From: a virus
Taxonomy: Duplodnaviria > Caudoviricetes
Direction: 5' to 3' (one strand)
Length of the DNA: 50,903 nt
Virus record (IMG/VR): IMGVR_UViG_3300012920_000002
Coordinates: 1 to 50,903 of that record
The notes under the pieces were generated by a model. That model made no database searches. It had not been told where the DNA came from and saw nothing but the letters and a program-made list of their open reading frames with translations. The position numbers were made by a program, and so were the translations under genes. Positions 1-9,438 of the stretch are shown here, one piece after another. Each line of letters begins with the position of its first letter. The first letter of the stretch is position 1.

Positions 1-123
1 CTTGTGCTCCTTGGGCAGGTCTCCCATCCAGGTCCGTCGCCGGGCCCGGGCGCGGATGGAGACGGCGAACATGAAGCCCTCGCGGTACTGCCGGCCGAGC
101 AGCTTCCCGGTCTTGTTCTCCTC
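1..123. repeat. Terminal direct repeat, left copy (circular assembly overlap)
   Basis: 1-123 is identical to 50781-50903; an ORF reads in frame across the junction. Confidence 0.97.
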
Positions 124-573
124 CCCCTCGTCGAACTTCAGGTCGCCCAGCAAGCGCGACTTGTCGTCCAGGTACACCCTCTTGCCAGCCCCGACTGAGT
201 GGGCATCCTCGTACCAGCTGCTGCTGCGGTGCTGGTACAGGATGATCGGGTTGCGGCGGTAGGGAGCCAGCCGCCAGCCAGTGAAGCGGGAGTTGTACCG
301 GTCGAGGTCCTCCGTGGAGGCGATGACCGTGATCGTGCCGTCCTTGTTGGCGCGGGTGGGGCCACCCAGATCGACGGCTTCGCCCGGCTGCTCCAGGGGG
401 CCGAGGGCATCTGAGTCGTCGCCGTCAGCGCCCCCCGAGAGGCTGGCTGTGCGCAGCTCCGCTCGGTAGTGGTCACCGGCGAAGATGACCTCGGGATCAG
501 CGAGGGCCTCGTTCCGGCGGGTCTCGTTCCAGCCGAACAGGTCCTGGGGGTCGATGAGATCCTCTTCAAACAT
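1..573 (-). CDS. HK97-family prohead protease, 5' part (continues at 50780-50385 across the origin; about 322 aa in total)
   Basis: ATG at 573 overlaps the portal end; translates to MFEEDLID...IASTEDLDR...NPIILYQH...GFMFAVS, in frame with the 50385-50852 ORF (ELIEISSVLIPGN); lies between portal and capsid. Confidence 0.88.
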   Translation of the reverse strand, partial: MFEEDLIDPQDLFGWNETRRNEALADPEVIFAGDHYRAELRTASLSGGADGDDSDALGPLEQPGEAVDLGGPTRANKDGTITVIASTEDLDRYNSRFTGWRLAPYRRNPIILYQHRSSSWYEDAHSVGAGKRVYLDDKSRLLGDLKFDEGEENKTGKLLGRQYREGFMFAVSIRARARRRTWMGDLPKEHK

Positions 574-1996
574 CGCTCTCTCCGTCGTCGTTGCCGTGGC
601 CGCCCTCGATGACCTGCAGGCCGCCCAGCCAGCTCCAGGCCACTGAGGCAGGCGGGGTGTCGTTGACCGCGCGCGGCAGCTGGCGGCCCGGGTCGGTGTC
701 GTTGTCGGCCTCGGGGTCGCGCTCGCCGTCCTCGCTGCCGGTGTCCGGTGCGGTGGGCTGCTTCGATTCCGGCTCGCGGACCGGCTCCGGCAGGTCGTGG
801 AAGCCCTCCTCGGCGGCGGCATCCTTCAGGGACAGCCCGAGGCTCACCCAGGTCTTCACGCGCCCCAGGGCCTCGGTCCGGTTCTGCTTGAGGTAGCTGA
901 CCCCGGAGAAGTCGTGGCAGACCTGGATGCGGCTGCTTTGGGGGAAGGCCTGAGCGAGCCGGGTGTACTGCGCGCCGAAGGTCGCCACGCGGCCGATCAG
1001 CCCCTCCCAATAGACGCGCATGGCGTGGCCGGCGTTGGAGAACTTCGCATCCGTGCGCATCAGCCGGACCGAGGGCACGCCGAAGACCGCGCACACCACC
1101 TCGATCACCCGCTCCTGGTTCTCCTTCCCCTCCAGGTCTCGGGGGGAGGGCCGGGTGGCATGGAAGTTGAAGTCGGCCGGCACGAAGATGGCGCTGTTGC
1201 CGGCGGCCATCTGGCGGTCGTACCACTCCCGGGAGCGGGTGAGCTGGGCCTGGGTGAGCTTCGACTGTGCCGGCGAGGCGCGGTGGGTGAACACGCCGGT
1301 GACCTGCCCGATCTGGGTGGCCAGCAGCGTCATGCCCTCGAACGCCTGGTAGGTCAGCAACGCACGGTGAAGCGCCTGGATGGGGGAGGCGCCGTACAGT
1401 CCCCGGGCGTCTCCCTCCCAGCTCCACCGGCTCGCCTGCAGGATCTGCTCAAAGGGAAGGAAGATCTCCCCGCTGCTGCCCATGTACCGGATGCCCTTGA
1501 GCTGCCCGTCCGTGTCCGGCTCCAGGGTCACCAGCTCCGGGAACAGCGGCAGCAGTGCCGTCGGAGAGCCGAAGCCGCCATCGAGCACCCGCCAGTAGGC
1601 GTTCCCCGTCAGCGCCCACCGCGCGATCTGCTGCTGAGTCAGCTGCAGCCCCGTCGTCCGGCTAGCCGGCTGCCGCAGCAGGTCCAGCACCGGATGGGAC
1701 TCGACCCGGCGCTGCCGGCCGCTGGCGGTGACCTCCACCACCTTCAGAGGCAACCCGCTGATGTCCTCCACCAGCGCAGAGACCGCCGCATGGATCCAGC
1801 CGAACTGCGCCGCCGCTGAGGTCGAGGCTGCCGCGGGGAAGCTGGGCTGCACATGCGTCTGGTGTGCCCAGGTGCCGCCCGCGTCGTGGGCCTCCGGCTG
1901 CGTTGCCGGCATCGCCCGGGCCAGGCCGAACAGGCGCAGCAGGGGGCTCCAGAAGCGACCCCAGCGGCTCGTGGGGATGGTCAGCGCGGTGCTCAC
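566..1996 (-). CDS. Phage portal protein (HK97-like)
   Basis: 476 aa; motifs IHAAVSALVEDISGLPL, HPVLDLLRQP, LTGNAY, GLYGASPI, VCAVFGVP; directly downstream of terminase. Confidence 0.92.
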   Translation of the reverse strand: MSTALTIPTSRWGRFWSPLLRLFGLARAMPATQPEAHDAGGTWAHQTHVQPSFPAAASTSAAAQFGWIHAAVSALVEDISGLPLKVVEVTASGRQRRVESHPVLDLLRQPASRTTGLQLTQQQIARWALTGNAYWRVLDGGFGSPTALLPLFPELVTLEPDTDGQLKGIRYMGSSGEIFLPFEQILQASRWSWEGDARGLYGASPIQALHRALLTYQAFEGMTLLATQIGQVTGVFTHRASPAQSKLTQAQLTRSREWYDRQMAAGNSAIFVPADFNFHATRPSPRDLEGKENQERVIEVVCAVFGVPSVRLMRTDAKFSNAGHAMRVYWEGLIGRVATFGAQYTRLAQAFPQSSRIQVCHDFSGVSYLKQNRTEALGRVKTWVSLGLSLKDAAAEEGFHDLPEPVREPESKQPTAPDTGSEDGERDPEADNDTDPGRQLPRAVNDTPPASVAWSWLGGLQVIEGGHGNDDGESDV

Positions 1997-2109
1997 ACCC
2001 GAGGAGATAGGCGGAGCACTTCAGCCCACTCTGAAGCTGGGGGCCTCTGGGGTCTGCTGGGGCTTGCTGGGGGAGAGCTGCCGGCGAACAGGTGCCTAAC
2101 AGGGGCCCG

Positions 2110-2139
2110 GACGGTCCGGGTAATATTGACCGGACCGTC
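2110..2139. repeat. 30-bp palindromic element, type B (centre GTAATATTGA)
   Basis: GACGGTCCGG GTAATATTGA CCGGACCGTC, overlapping the terL stop codon. Confidence 0.95.
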
Positions 2140-3763
2140 AGCCCTCTGGGAACAGCTCGTAGGCGATGTCCTCACGGTACATGCGGATGCCATAGCGGAG
2201 GGCGTCGACAGCATGGTCTGGCCCCTTGGTCCCCGCCCGCCCCTTCTCGTTGTACTCGTCCTTCAGCGGCTTCCAGATGAGCCCCTCCATCTCTGCGATC
2301 AGGTTCACGCAGCGGGGGTGGATGAGCAGGACCGGCGCCCCATGCTCATCCAGCTGCAGCAGTTCGTACAGCATCTCCAGGCCGGCGACGACAGAGCCCG
2401 GTCCCTTGGTCGCCGGATCGCACTCCACGCCGCACTCCTCCAGGGTGTACCGGCCCTGCGGGTCCTCGGGGTCGGCGGCGACGGCCTCGGCGGGCTGGTC
2501 CTGCTCCCAGATGCCCTTGATCACCTGGGCATGCTGGCGGAGCCGCATCTGGCGCTCGTAGTGCTCCCAGAGGACGATGATGCGCCTCCCCTTGGGGTGG
2601 GCGACCAGATGGAGGTAGGCGAAGGGGTTGGCGGTGCCGAAGTCGAGGCCACCGAACCGGACCCAGCGGTGGAAGTCCGGCGGGGGCTGCCAGTCGGCGG
2701 GAAGGACGTGGATGGCGCGGTCGAAGATGGGGAAGACAGAGCCCCCCAGGGCACCGAACAGGCCGAACATCTTGGCGTCTCGAACGGCCGGGGAGTTGCG
2801 AGAGAGGCGGGCGTCGAGGGAGGCGGTGTCAACGTGGGGGTTGTCGCGGTAGACGATGCGGGTCTGGCTGTGGCCGGGCGCCTGGTCGACGACGAACTCC
2901 TTGTAGACGTAGGTGCGGCCCTCTGGCGTCATCGTCAGCACCGTACGGCCCGACCGGCCCCGTTCCTCGCCCGTGCGCGCCAGCACCTCCCGGTACACCA
3001 TCTCCTCGTGCTGCTCATCCAGCACCACAAGCTGCACCGCCTCACCCTGGTACTTCCGCCACCCCTGGTCGTTCGCCTTGAAGATGATGCGACCACCCGT
3101 CTCCGGCAGCTCCACCTCTGCGAACGCACCCTTCTGCTCCCACCGAATGAGCAGCGCCGCCGGAGGGAGCAGCTCGGCAAAGGCCCCGCGCTGTCGGGCA
3201 ACGTTCAGCTCGTTGGAGAGGGAGGAGTACCAGACGAGGTTGTCCCGGGCCGGCACGAGGTCCGCGGGCAGGCCGTTGAGCTGGAGGAAGCACTGCACCG
3301 CCCAGTGATCGCCACCGTACAGCCACAGCACCGCCAACAGGCACCCCAGGTACGTCTTCCCCGCACGGTTGGAGCCCGTCACCAGCGTGGCAATCTCCCC
3401 CAGTTCCAGTAGCACCGCACGCTGGCTTGTTCGGCAGTCCGCGTGCTTCGGGTCCGTGTTCGTCTGCCGCTTCCCGCACCGGGGGCACGACCACGCGCCA
3501 CGGCCCAGGCGGTCCATCTCCTGGCCAGGGCAGTCATGGCAGTGGGCCGTCCACAGCCGGATGAACGCGATGGGGTGATCCCGTTGCAGGTCCTGCAGCA
3601 CGCCAGCAAGCTGCTCTGCGGCTGCGATGACCGCCTGCTCCCGAGCGTTCGGCGTCCACCCTTCTGGGCGACTCTTCAGCCATCGTTGTACATGGCGGAG
3701 TCGCTGCTGTGCTGCCCGTAGGGTCTCCGGGGACCACTCGACCACCGAGAGCGGCGCCGTCAT
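2138..3763 (-). CDS. terL: Terminase large subunit
   Basis: Walker A TGSNRAGKT, Walker B VVLDEQ, nuclease motifs GGLDFGTANP and DHAVDALRY; ATG 3763 overlaps the terS stop. Confidence 0.93.
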   Translation of the reverse strand: MTAPLSVVEWSPETLRAAQQRLRHVQRWLKSRPEGWTPNAREQAVIAAAEQLAGVLQDLQRDHPIAFIRLWTAHCHDCPGQEMDRLGRGAWSCPRCGKRQTNTDPKHADCRTSQRAVLLELGEIATLVTGSNRAGKTYLGCLLAVLWLYGGDHWAVQCFLQLNGLPADLVPARDNLVWYSSLSNELNVARQRGAFAELLPPAALLIRWEQKGAFAEVELPETGGRIIFKANDQGWRKYQGEAVQLVVLDEQHEEMVYREVLARTGEERGRSGRTVLTMTPEGRTYVYKEFVVDQAPGHSQTRIVYRDNPHVDTASLDARLSRNSPAVRDAKMFGLFGALGGSVFPIFDRAIHVLPADWQPPPDFHRWVRFGGLDFGTANPFAYLHLVAHPKGRRIIVLWEHYERQMRLRQHAQVIKGIWEQDQPAEAVAADPEDPQGRYTLEECGVECDPATKGPGSVVAGLEMLYELLQLDEHGAPVLLIHPRCVNLIAEMEGLIWKPLKDEYNEKGRAGTKGPDHAVDALRYGIRMYREDIAYELFPEG

Positions 3764-4230
3764 GGCTTGTCCCCAACGGAGTCTCCGAGCAGTCCCAGCG
3801 CCGTATCCAGTGCAGAGAGGCTCACTCCCAGGGCCTCCGGGAGGGTGCCAGAGGCTTCCATACCGCCGGACACCTCCACCTTCGTCCGTCTTGGCAGGGC
3901 ACGGTCCAGCAGGATGCCTGCCGCACGGACCCGAGAACTGGCAATGACCTCCGGGTCCTTCATGATCTCCACCAACGTCTCCACCGCAGTCGGCAGGGCT
4001 GCATCGAGCTTCGAGGACACCTGTCGGAGCCTGCGTTGCTGCTCCGCATCGAGAAGCCCGCGGAAGTGTGGCATCGCGAGCCACTTGCTGACGGTGTCCT
4101 CCCGGACCCCAGCAGCCGCGGCGGCCTCCGGGACGGTACCGCCCTTGACCAGCACCATCAGCCCCTTCTGCTGCTTCCCAGTCAGGCGTCGTCGGGAGGG
4201 ATCTTTCTTGATCGGCTTGGGCACGGGCAT
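3760..4230 (-). CDS. terS: Putative terminase small subunit (N-terminal HTH)
   Basis: 156 aa, HTH TVPEAAAAAGVREDTVSKW followed by helical region; immediately upstream of terL. Confidence 0.7.
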   Translation of the reverse strand: MPVPKPIKKDPSRRRLTGKQQKGLMVLVKGGTVPEAAAAAGVREDTVSKWLAMPHFRGLLDAEQQRRLRQVSSKLDAALPTAVETLVEIMKDPEVIASSRVRAAGILLDRALPRRTKVEVSGGMEASGTLPEALGVSLSALDTALGLLGDSVGDKP

Positions 4231-4592
4231 CAGTCGCTTCCCCTGAGTTTGAGTGCGTTGACCTGCTCCACCCAGGCGATCACCTCGCTACCGCGCCACC
4301 GATCGCGCTGGGGGGAGAGTCGAAATGTTGGTGGAGGGAGCCCGTTCCGCGTGCCCTCGCTGATCAGGCGATCCAGGCTGGTCCGTGAGACCCCCAGCGC
4401 GATGCGGACCTGTGCGGTGGTCATCGGGCTGCCCATGTGCAGGCGCTGCAGGGCCTCCAGGCAATCCGGCTCCAGCTCCTGGGGAGGATGTTCGGCGACC
4501 TCCTGGGCTGTGCGCACGCCGAGGGCCTGGAGCGCGGCCAGGATGTCAGCGAGCAGGTCGATCACCCGTCGGGCGAACCAGGCGGGATTCAT
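4230..4592 (-). CDS. AlpA/excisionase-like HTH DNA-binding protein
   Basis: MTTAQVRIALGVSRTSLDRLI...LPPPTFRLS...RWRGSEVIAW pattern. Confidence 0.65.
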   Translation of the reverse strand: MNPAWFARRVIDLLADILAALQALGVRTAQEVAEHPPQELEPDCLEALQRLHMGSPMTTAQVRIALGVSRTSLDRLISEGTRNGLPPPTFRLSPQRDRWRGSEVIAWVEQVNALKLRGSD

Positions 4593-5329
4593 GATGCCTC
4601 CCTGGTGGCTTGGGCGACCCGACGCAGCAAGGCCAGGGCGTCCGGGTCATTGAGGAGGGCGTCGGGGGAGGTCATGGCGATGAGGCGCCAGGCCTCCGGG
4701 CCGGCAGATGGGTCCATCGTGGCCAGCCCGATCAGCTTCGGGGACTGACGGCCCCAGCGGGCGGCGGCGTCGGCCCGGGCCTCGGCCCGCAGCAGGACCG
4801 CCTCCGGGTGGGCTTCGTCGATGCCCTCCAGTTCCGGCTCCGGGATGCGCTGCCCATGCACGACAGCGAGCAGATCAAGGACGCGGTCCAGGGCCAGCTC
4901 CAGACGCTGCGCGAGCAGTTGGGGAGAGGCCACCCCGGCCTGTAGTGCATCCCGGAGTCGAGGGATCTCTCGCTGGTGGTCCCGCTGAACCTTCAGCAGG
5001 GTGCCGTGGTTCTCCGTCGCCGCGTTCAGCTCCGCCCGAATCCACCAGGAGGCATAGGCAGAGAAGGGCACCTCCCGAGATGGATCGAACCGCTGTGCCG
5101 CACGAAACGCACCCAGCCGGGCGATCTGCATCAGGTCAGCCAGTTCCTGGCCCGCCCGCCGACTCCGGGAGAGGCTCCTGATCTGGCTGCCCATCACCGA
5201 CTCCACCGTCAGGGCCAGCGCCCAGCAGAGCCGGTCCACCTCAGCAGGAAGGCCCCGCCGGCGAGCCGTTGCCAGCTGGTCGAGCAGCTCACCCTCGGAT
5301 GGGGTGGAGGGGCAGTGGGCGGGGATCAT
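4589..5329 (-). CDS. Sigma-70-family factor (region 2 clear; region 4 not evident), possible late-gene regulator
   Basis: ELADLMQIARLGAFRAAQRFDPSREVPFSAYASWWIRAEL is a sigma-70 region 2 signature. Confidence 0.8.
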   Translation of the reverse strand: MIPAHCPSTPSEGELLDQLATARRRGLPAEVDRLCWALALTVESVMGSQIRSLSRSRRAGQELADLMQIARLGAFRAAQRFDPSREVPFSAYASWWIRAELNAATENHGTLLKVQRDHQREIPRLRDALQAGVASPQLLAQRLELALDRVLDLLAVVHGQRIPEPELEGIDEAHPEAVLLRAEARADAAARWGRQSPKLIGLATMDPSAGPEAWRLIAMTSPDALLNDPDALALLRRVAQATREAS

Positions 5330-5580
5330 GGTTGCCCCCCAGCAGAAACCACTCCAGGGGGGAGTTCTGGAAGGGTCTGGTGATCAACAGAGGGGGCGAC
5401 AACGGTCCGGGTAAGATTGACCGGACCGTCCGGCAGCGAGCAGATTGCGGAGACGGTGTCCTGGGTGGTCGTCAGTCGCGCAGAGAAGCGGAACAGCACC
5501 AGGGTGACCGCCAGCGCCCAGAGCACCAGGATCCCGAGCAAGCCGAGGAGCAGGACACCGGACAGGGACTCAACCAGCAT
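5326..5580 (-). CDS. Small membrane protein containing an in-frame palindromic element
   Basis: N-terminal hydrophobic helix; DGPVNLTRTV is encoded by the element at 5401; overlaps its neighbours. Confidence 0.6.
   Translation of the reverse strand: MLVESLSGVLLLGLLGILVLWALAVTLVLFRFSARLTTTQDTVSAICSLPDGPVNLTRTVVAPSVDHQTLPELPPGVVSAGGQP
5401..5430. repeat. 30-bp palindromic element, type B (centre GTAAGATTGA)
   Basis: AACGGTCCGG GTAAGATTGA CCGGACCGTC. Confidence 0.95.
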
Positions 5581-5904
5581 CAGGGCCTCCCGGAGCTGGG
5601 GAGAGGTTCTCGGGCAGGACCGTGTGGGTCCAGCGACGGACCATGCCGAGGTGATCGAGGCAGGCGCGCATCCCGTCCGCCGGATGGCAGGCGGTGACGT
5701 CGAGCTGGCAGGTGAAGCCCAGGGGGTGACGGGCCGTGCAAGTCCTCCGGGGTGTGGTGGGATGGCGCGGCCGCTGATCGGGGGTGGTTGCAGACATGGT
5801 GATCTCCAGGAGGGGGTGAGGTCAGAGCAGGGAGAGCTGGCCGATGGGCTCGGTCTCGACGAGATGGAGGACGATCAGGGAGATCAACAGGGCGTAGTGC
5901 TTCA

Positions 5905-6105
5905 TCAGCAGATCTCCGGCTTCAGGGAGACCCGGACGGGCTCCGGGTGGTGGTCGTTCACCCATCGCTGGAGCTGGAGGCGGTGCAGGGTCAGCTCGGC
6001 CTGCCCCGGCCACTGGAACGGGTTCAGGTAGCGGGCCGGGGCACCCGCCAGGAGCAGGCCTGCGCACCCGAGCCACAGGAAGCAGAGTTTCCCGAGGATG
6101 GTCAT
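5905..6105 (-). CDS. Small hypothetical membrane/secreted protein
   Basis: MTILGKLCFLWLGCAGLLLAG; ATGA overlap with the upstream gene. Confidence 0.5.
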   Translation of the reverse strand: MTILGKLCFLWLGCAGLLLAGAPARYLNPFQWPGQAELTLHRLQLQRWVNDHHPEPVRVSLKPEIC

Positions 6106-6638
6106 GAGCACCTCACGCCCTCGTGGGGCATGTCGTCGGGCCGCAGGGAGCGCCCGGAGAGGATGTGCACGGCCATGCGGATGACCTGGGGACGGCGGCA
6201 CAAGCCAAGGGCGAACCAGGGGCCTTCGAGCAGGCGATCCGCCCACAGCCGGGCGGGGCTGTGAGCATCGAGGGTGTCCCACCAGCGCCGGAGGCAGACC
6301 GACTGCATGGCCACAGTCACGGCTGGCGGTCCGCCATACCCGGAGGGGAGGATGAGCACCTGTCGACCGTTCCGGTTCTCGGTGTAAAGGGGACACGCCT
6401 CCACACCCCCGGCTTCGCGCACAACACAGGCGCGGAACACGAGGTTTGCAGTGGGGCGCATCCGGCCAAGCCTGGGACGACCAGCGAAGGTGGCACGGTC
6501 AAACTCTTCCGCCGGAGGCATCTTCAGCCCCGTCAACGCCTCTGACAGCGCGACCGCCTGCTCGGTGCTGCCCGGCTCCTCGCTGAGGATGAGCTGACGG
6601 ATGCGGGCGGCCTGGATGCGGGTGAGGAAGGCCAGCAT
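6102..6638 (-). CDS. Hypothetical protein
   Basis: 178-aa ORF, start coupled to the upstream stop. Confidence 0.6.
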   Translation of the reverse strand: MLAFLTRIQAARIRQLILSEEPGSTEQAVALSEALTGLKMPPAEEFDRATFAGRPRLGRMRPTANLVFRACVVREAGGVEACPLYTENRNGRQVLILPSGYGGPPAVTVAMQSVCLRRWWDTLDAHSPARLWADRLLEGPWFALGLCRRPQVIRMAVHILSGRSLRPDDMPHEGVRCS

Positions 6639-7285
6639 CAGCCCTGCCCTCCTCGGTGCGGGCAGTCCGCGGTTCCGCAGCCCGTCCAGGCGGGGTTCTC
6701 AAAGTCGCGGCGCTCGTTGATGCAGGCGTAGCCGTTGGTCCTGAAGCCGCAGCGGTCGGTCTGACGGACCCGTTCGGCGAGGTCATCCAGACGCGCCTGT
6801 GCCGCCTCCCGCGCAGCCCGCTCTGGCTCCCCGCTGCCGAGCTGGACGCTCAACCGGATGCCACCAGCTTCGCGCGCCCCGACCAGCAGCCCGGCGACAG
6901 CCTCGGTGATGCGCGGAGGCAGGACGGTGGCATCGGTGGGGCGAGAGGTGCCGGAGTGCTCCAGGGTGATGGGTCGAGACTGGAGCAGCCTCTCCAGCAC
7001 GTCCGAGAGCCAGCGCTCATCGGTGACGGCTCCCACCGACTGGAGCAGCGCCTCGATGCGCTCCAGCGCGTCACGGTTCTGGGCGGCCTCCTCCTGGCGA
7101 TCGCGCCAGTCGTCCGGCAGCAGGGAGTCCCGCGCACAGGTGGCCAGGGTGAGCCAGTAGTCCTGCTCCGTCTCGGTGAGCCCTCCGAAGTCGAGCTGGA
7201 GATCGCCGTTGCCCCCGTGCTCCATGGAGGAGACGTAGAGGGTCATGGCGAGGCTGTTGAGGTCGGTGGTCGGGGTGGTGCTCAT
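6638..7285 (-). CDS. Hypothetical protein with C-terminal Cys cluster
   Basis: 215 aa, coupled overlaps at both ends. Confidence 0.6.
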   Translation of the reverse strand: MSTTPTTDLNSLAMTLYVSSMEHGGNGDLQLDFGGLTETEQDYWLTLATCARDSLLPDDWRDRQEEAAQNRDALERIEALLQSVGAVTDERWLSDVLERLLQSRPITLEHSGTSRPTDATVLPPRITEAVAGLLVGAREAGGIRLSVQLGSGEPERAAREAAQARLDDLAERVRQTDRCGFRTNGYACINERRDFENPAWTGCGTADCPHRGGQG

Positions 7286-7488
7286 CGGCGCACCTTCTTC
7301 AGCCGCTTCGCCATCTGGATGCGCTTCCGCCGCTGTGCACGGGTCTCGCCGTCAAGGCGCTCCCCGATGAGTGCCCGCTCCTGCTGCCGCCGCTGGTGGG
7401 CGGGGCTGCGCTGGCGCAGCTGCTCGGTGCGCATCTCCTGCCGCATCTGGGCGAGATCGCGCTTGGTGGTGTAGTCGGTGGGGTTCAT
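7282..7488 (-). CDS. Small basic hypothetical protein
   Basis: 68 aa, preceded by a CCGGAG RBS. Confidence 0.55.
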   Translation of the reverse strand: MNPTDYTTKRDLAQMRQEMRTEQLRQRSPAHQRRQQERALIGERLDGETRAQRRKRIQMAKRLKKVRR

Positions 7489-7505
7489 GGGCGGTCTCCG
7501 GGGGT

Positions 7506-7829
7506 TCAGGCGGCGCGGCTGCGCAGGTGGGCGATCAGGCTGCGAGCGTCGGGGACCTCCACGGCTGACAGCAGGGTGGACGCGTTGGGGTCGTAGGTGT
7601 GGACGCGAAACGGCCCGAACTCATCGACGCGCTCGCCGTTGGTGGGGTCGGGCTGGGCGGCGACGGTGATCAGGGGGGAGTGGGCGGTTGAGTTGCGGAC
7701 CTGGGCGGAGAGCGTGCAGGGGTGAATGCGGGGCGGCACGCAGACGATGCTCCAGCCAGGGAGGTAGAGGTCGAGCTGTGCGGCGAGGCGCTCGGCGGGG
7801 GTGTCGGGCTTCAGGTCGAGGTCAGGCAC
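7506..7829 (-). CDS. Hypothetical protein
   Basis: GTG start after CCCCGGAG RBS; in frame with ORF 7506-8102. Confidence 0.5.
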   Translation of the reverse strand: MPDLDLKPDTPAERLAAQLDLYLPGWSIVCVPPRIHPCTLSAQVRNSTAHSPLITVAAQPDPTNGERVDEFGPFRVHTYDPNASTLLSAVEVPDARSLIAHLRSRAA

Positions 7830-7843
7830 GATGGCTCCGGGGA

Positions 7844-8176
7844 TCAAGCAGGGACGCCGATGACGATGTAGGAGCGGAGCAGGGCACCGATGCCCCACAT
7901 CGCCAGCAAGGCCAGCAGGTTGCCGAACGCCGCTGAGGCGGCGTGGTTGTCGATGAGGACGTCGTCCTTGAAGATGTGGGTGCGCCCCGGGCGGAGGCAG
8001 ATCGCCACCAGGGCCAGCCCCCACAGCGCGGCCCAGTTCAGCGTCGGGGCGCCCAGCGGGACGACGTACCAGCTCCAGAGGTCTTCGGAGACGGCCACCC
8101 ACAGGAACGGGCGGGCGATGGCGCAGGCGAAGGCCAGGAGGTGCACGGGGAACGGGAGGTCGGTTTCCTTCTTCAT
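7844..8176 (-). CDS. Membrane protein (2-3 TM helices)
   Basis: 110 aa hydrophobic, LWSWYVVPLGAPTL motif, RBS present. Confidence 0.65.
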   Translation of the reverse strand: MKKETDLPFPVHLLAFACAIARPFLWVAVSEDLWSWYVVPLGAPTLNWAALWGLALVAICLRPGRTHIFKDDVLIDNHAASAAFGNLLALLAMWGIGALLRSYIVIGVPA

Positions 8177-8444
8177 CGGCGGTCTCCGGGGGTGAGCGGG
8201 CAGTCGGGGGCAGGGTGGGGCGTGCTCTCGGGGGTGCCTGAGCTGGACGATGGGTAGGATCTGCTCGGGTCGTTCTTGTCCAATCGTCCAGAACGGCGAG
8301 GTCGCTTGCGGGGTCGGTTCTTGCGCTTGCGGCGGTCGGGCACAGGGGCTCCAGGGTTCAGGGCGGGTTGGGGTGAGGCAGGCCGCAGCTCGCGGAGGGC
8401 TGAGGCCAGGGCGGCGACGGGGTCGATGTGGGAGCGGCGAGGCA

Positions 8445-8705
8445 TCAGGCCCCCTTCTCGGCGAGAATCTCGGAGGCTCGGCGAGCGAAGTGCAGCCGGT
8501 CCTCCTCGGTGACGGCGAAGGCGAGAGGGAAGCGCAGCAGCAGGGCGTGGACCGTGTGCTCGCCAGCGTCCTTCAGCAGGGTCTGGCGCCAGCGGATCTC
8601 CCCATCGTTGATGACCAGTCCTCGGACTGCGCCTCGCAGGGGCTCTACGCTGACTCCTGGGGCGGCGTGGTTCACGGCCCACTCAATGACGTCAGCGAGG
8701 TTCAT
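8445..8705 (-). CDS. Hypothetical protein
   Basis: MNLADVIEWAV..., ATGA overlap with the upstream gene. Confidence 0.5.
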   Translation of the reverse strand: MNLADVIEWAVNHAAPGVSVEPLRGAVRGLVINDGEIRWRQTLLKDAGEHTVHALLLRFPLAFAVTEEDRLHFARRASEILAEKGA

Positions 8706-8953
8706 GGCAGGTCCGGGCGGGGCAGGCTGCGGCAGGCGGCGCTGAACTCGGCGGTTCGCACCGGCAGCCCCAGTCGGCGCTGGTGGGCCACAGCGTTGAG
8801 GAACCACGCCCTGCAGTTCGGGATCACCCGGCCAGCGGCCATCTCCACCAGCTCCTGCTGCGGCCAGAGGTAGTGGGTCTGGCGGGCAAGCTGGCGGCGG
8901 TGCCGGTACTCCTGCTCGAACTGGGCGCGGGTCATGGTGCGGGGGTGTTTCAT
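8702..8953 (-). CDS. Hypothetical protein
   Basis: 83-aa ORF in operon context. Confidence 0.5.
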   Translation of the reverse strand: MKHPRTMTRAQFEQEYRHRRQLARQTHYLWPQQELVEMAAGRVIPNCRAWFLNAVAHQRRLGLPVRTAEFSAACRSLPRPDLP

Positions 8954-8970
8954 GGCGGATCCGGGATGGG

Positions 8971-9438
8971 TCAGGAGGCGTGCGGGACGGTCCGGCGGAA
9001 TTCCGCCGGACCGTTGTCTGCGGCGTCGGCCGGCAGGGGGCGGGCCGGGCTGATGCGGTTGGCCGGACGGCTGGCCTGGAGGCTGATGGCAGTGATCTCC
9101 TGGAGCCGGGCCCGGATGCGCTCGGCGAGGGCCGGGAGGGTCTCCGCGCGGAGGTGCCCCACGCTGGCCTGGTCACCGGGGGTGATGCTCAGGCGGGCGT
9201 GCCAGCCGTCGTCGGTGGTGCGAACCCGAGCGGCGTAGAAGTCACAGCGACCTGCCGCGCAGATGCGGGTGTCGTCGGTGCCGGGGCGCCAGGTGAAGCC
9301 GGGCAGCAGGATGCAGAGCGCCTCGGCGAGGTCCTGCGCGGTCTCGGGATCCGGGGTGTCAACGGGGACGGGCGCGCAGGGGGTGAGGTGCGCAGTGAGG
9401 GTGTCGGTCATGCGGTACTCCGGGGTGGTGGGGTTCAC
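8971..9438 (-). CDS. Hypothetical protein with C-terminal palindrome-encoded peptide
   Basis: Ends ...DNGPAEFRRTVPHAS; start may be 9438 or 9411. Confidence 0.55.
   Translation of the reverse strand: MNPTTPEYRMTDTLTAHLTPCAPVPVDTPDPETAQDLAEALCILLPGFTWRPGTDDTRICAAGRCDFYAARVRTTDDGWHARLSITPGDQASVGHLRAETLPALAERIRARLQEITAISLQASRPANRISPARPLPADAADNGPAEFRRTVPHAS
8986..9015. repeat. 30-bp palindromic element, type A
   Basis: GACGGTCCGG CGGAATTCCG CCGGACCGTT. Confidence 0.96.

Noticed and set aside
1-123. Biological direct terminal repeat of the virion DNA
   Set aside because: It falls mid-gene in the protease and is most simply an assembler overlap; the packaging ends cannot be inferred from it.
2138-4084. 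ORF-track start for terL at 4084 (similarly extended starts for int, capsid, primase and RusA-Dam)
   Set aside because: The extensions overlap upstream genes; downstream starts with RBS or stop-start coupling fit better.
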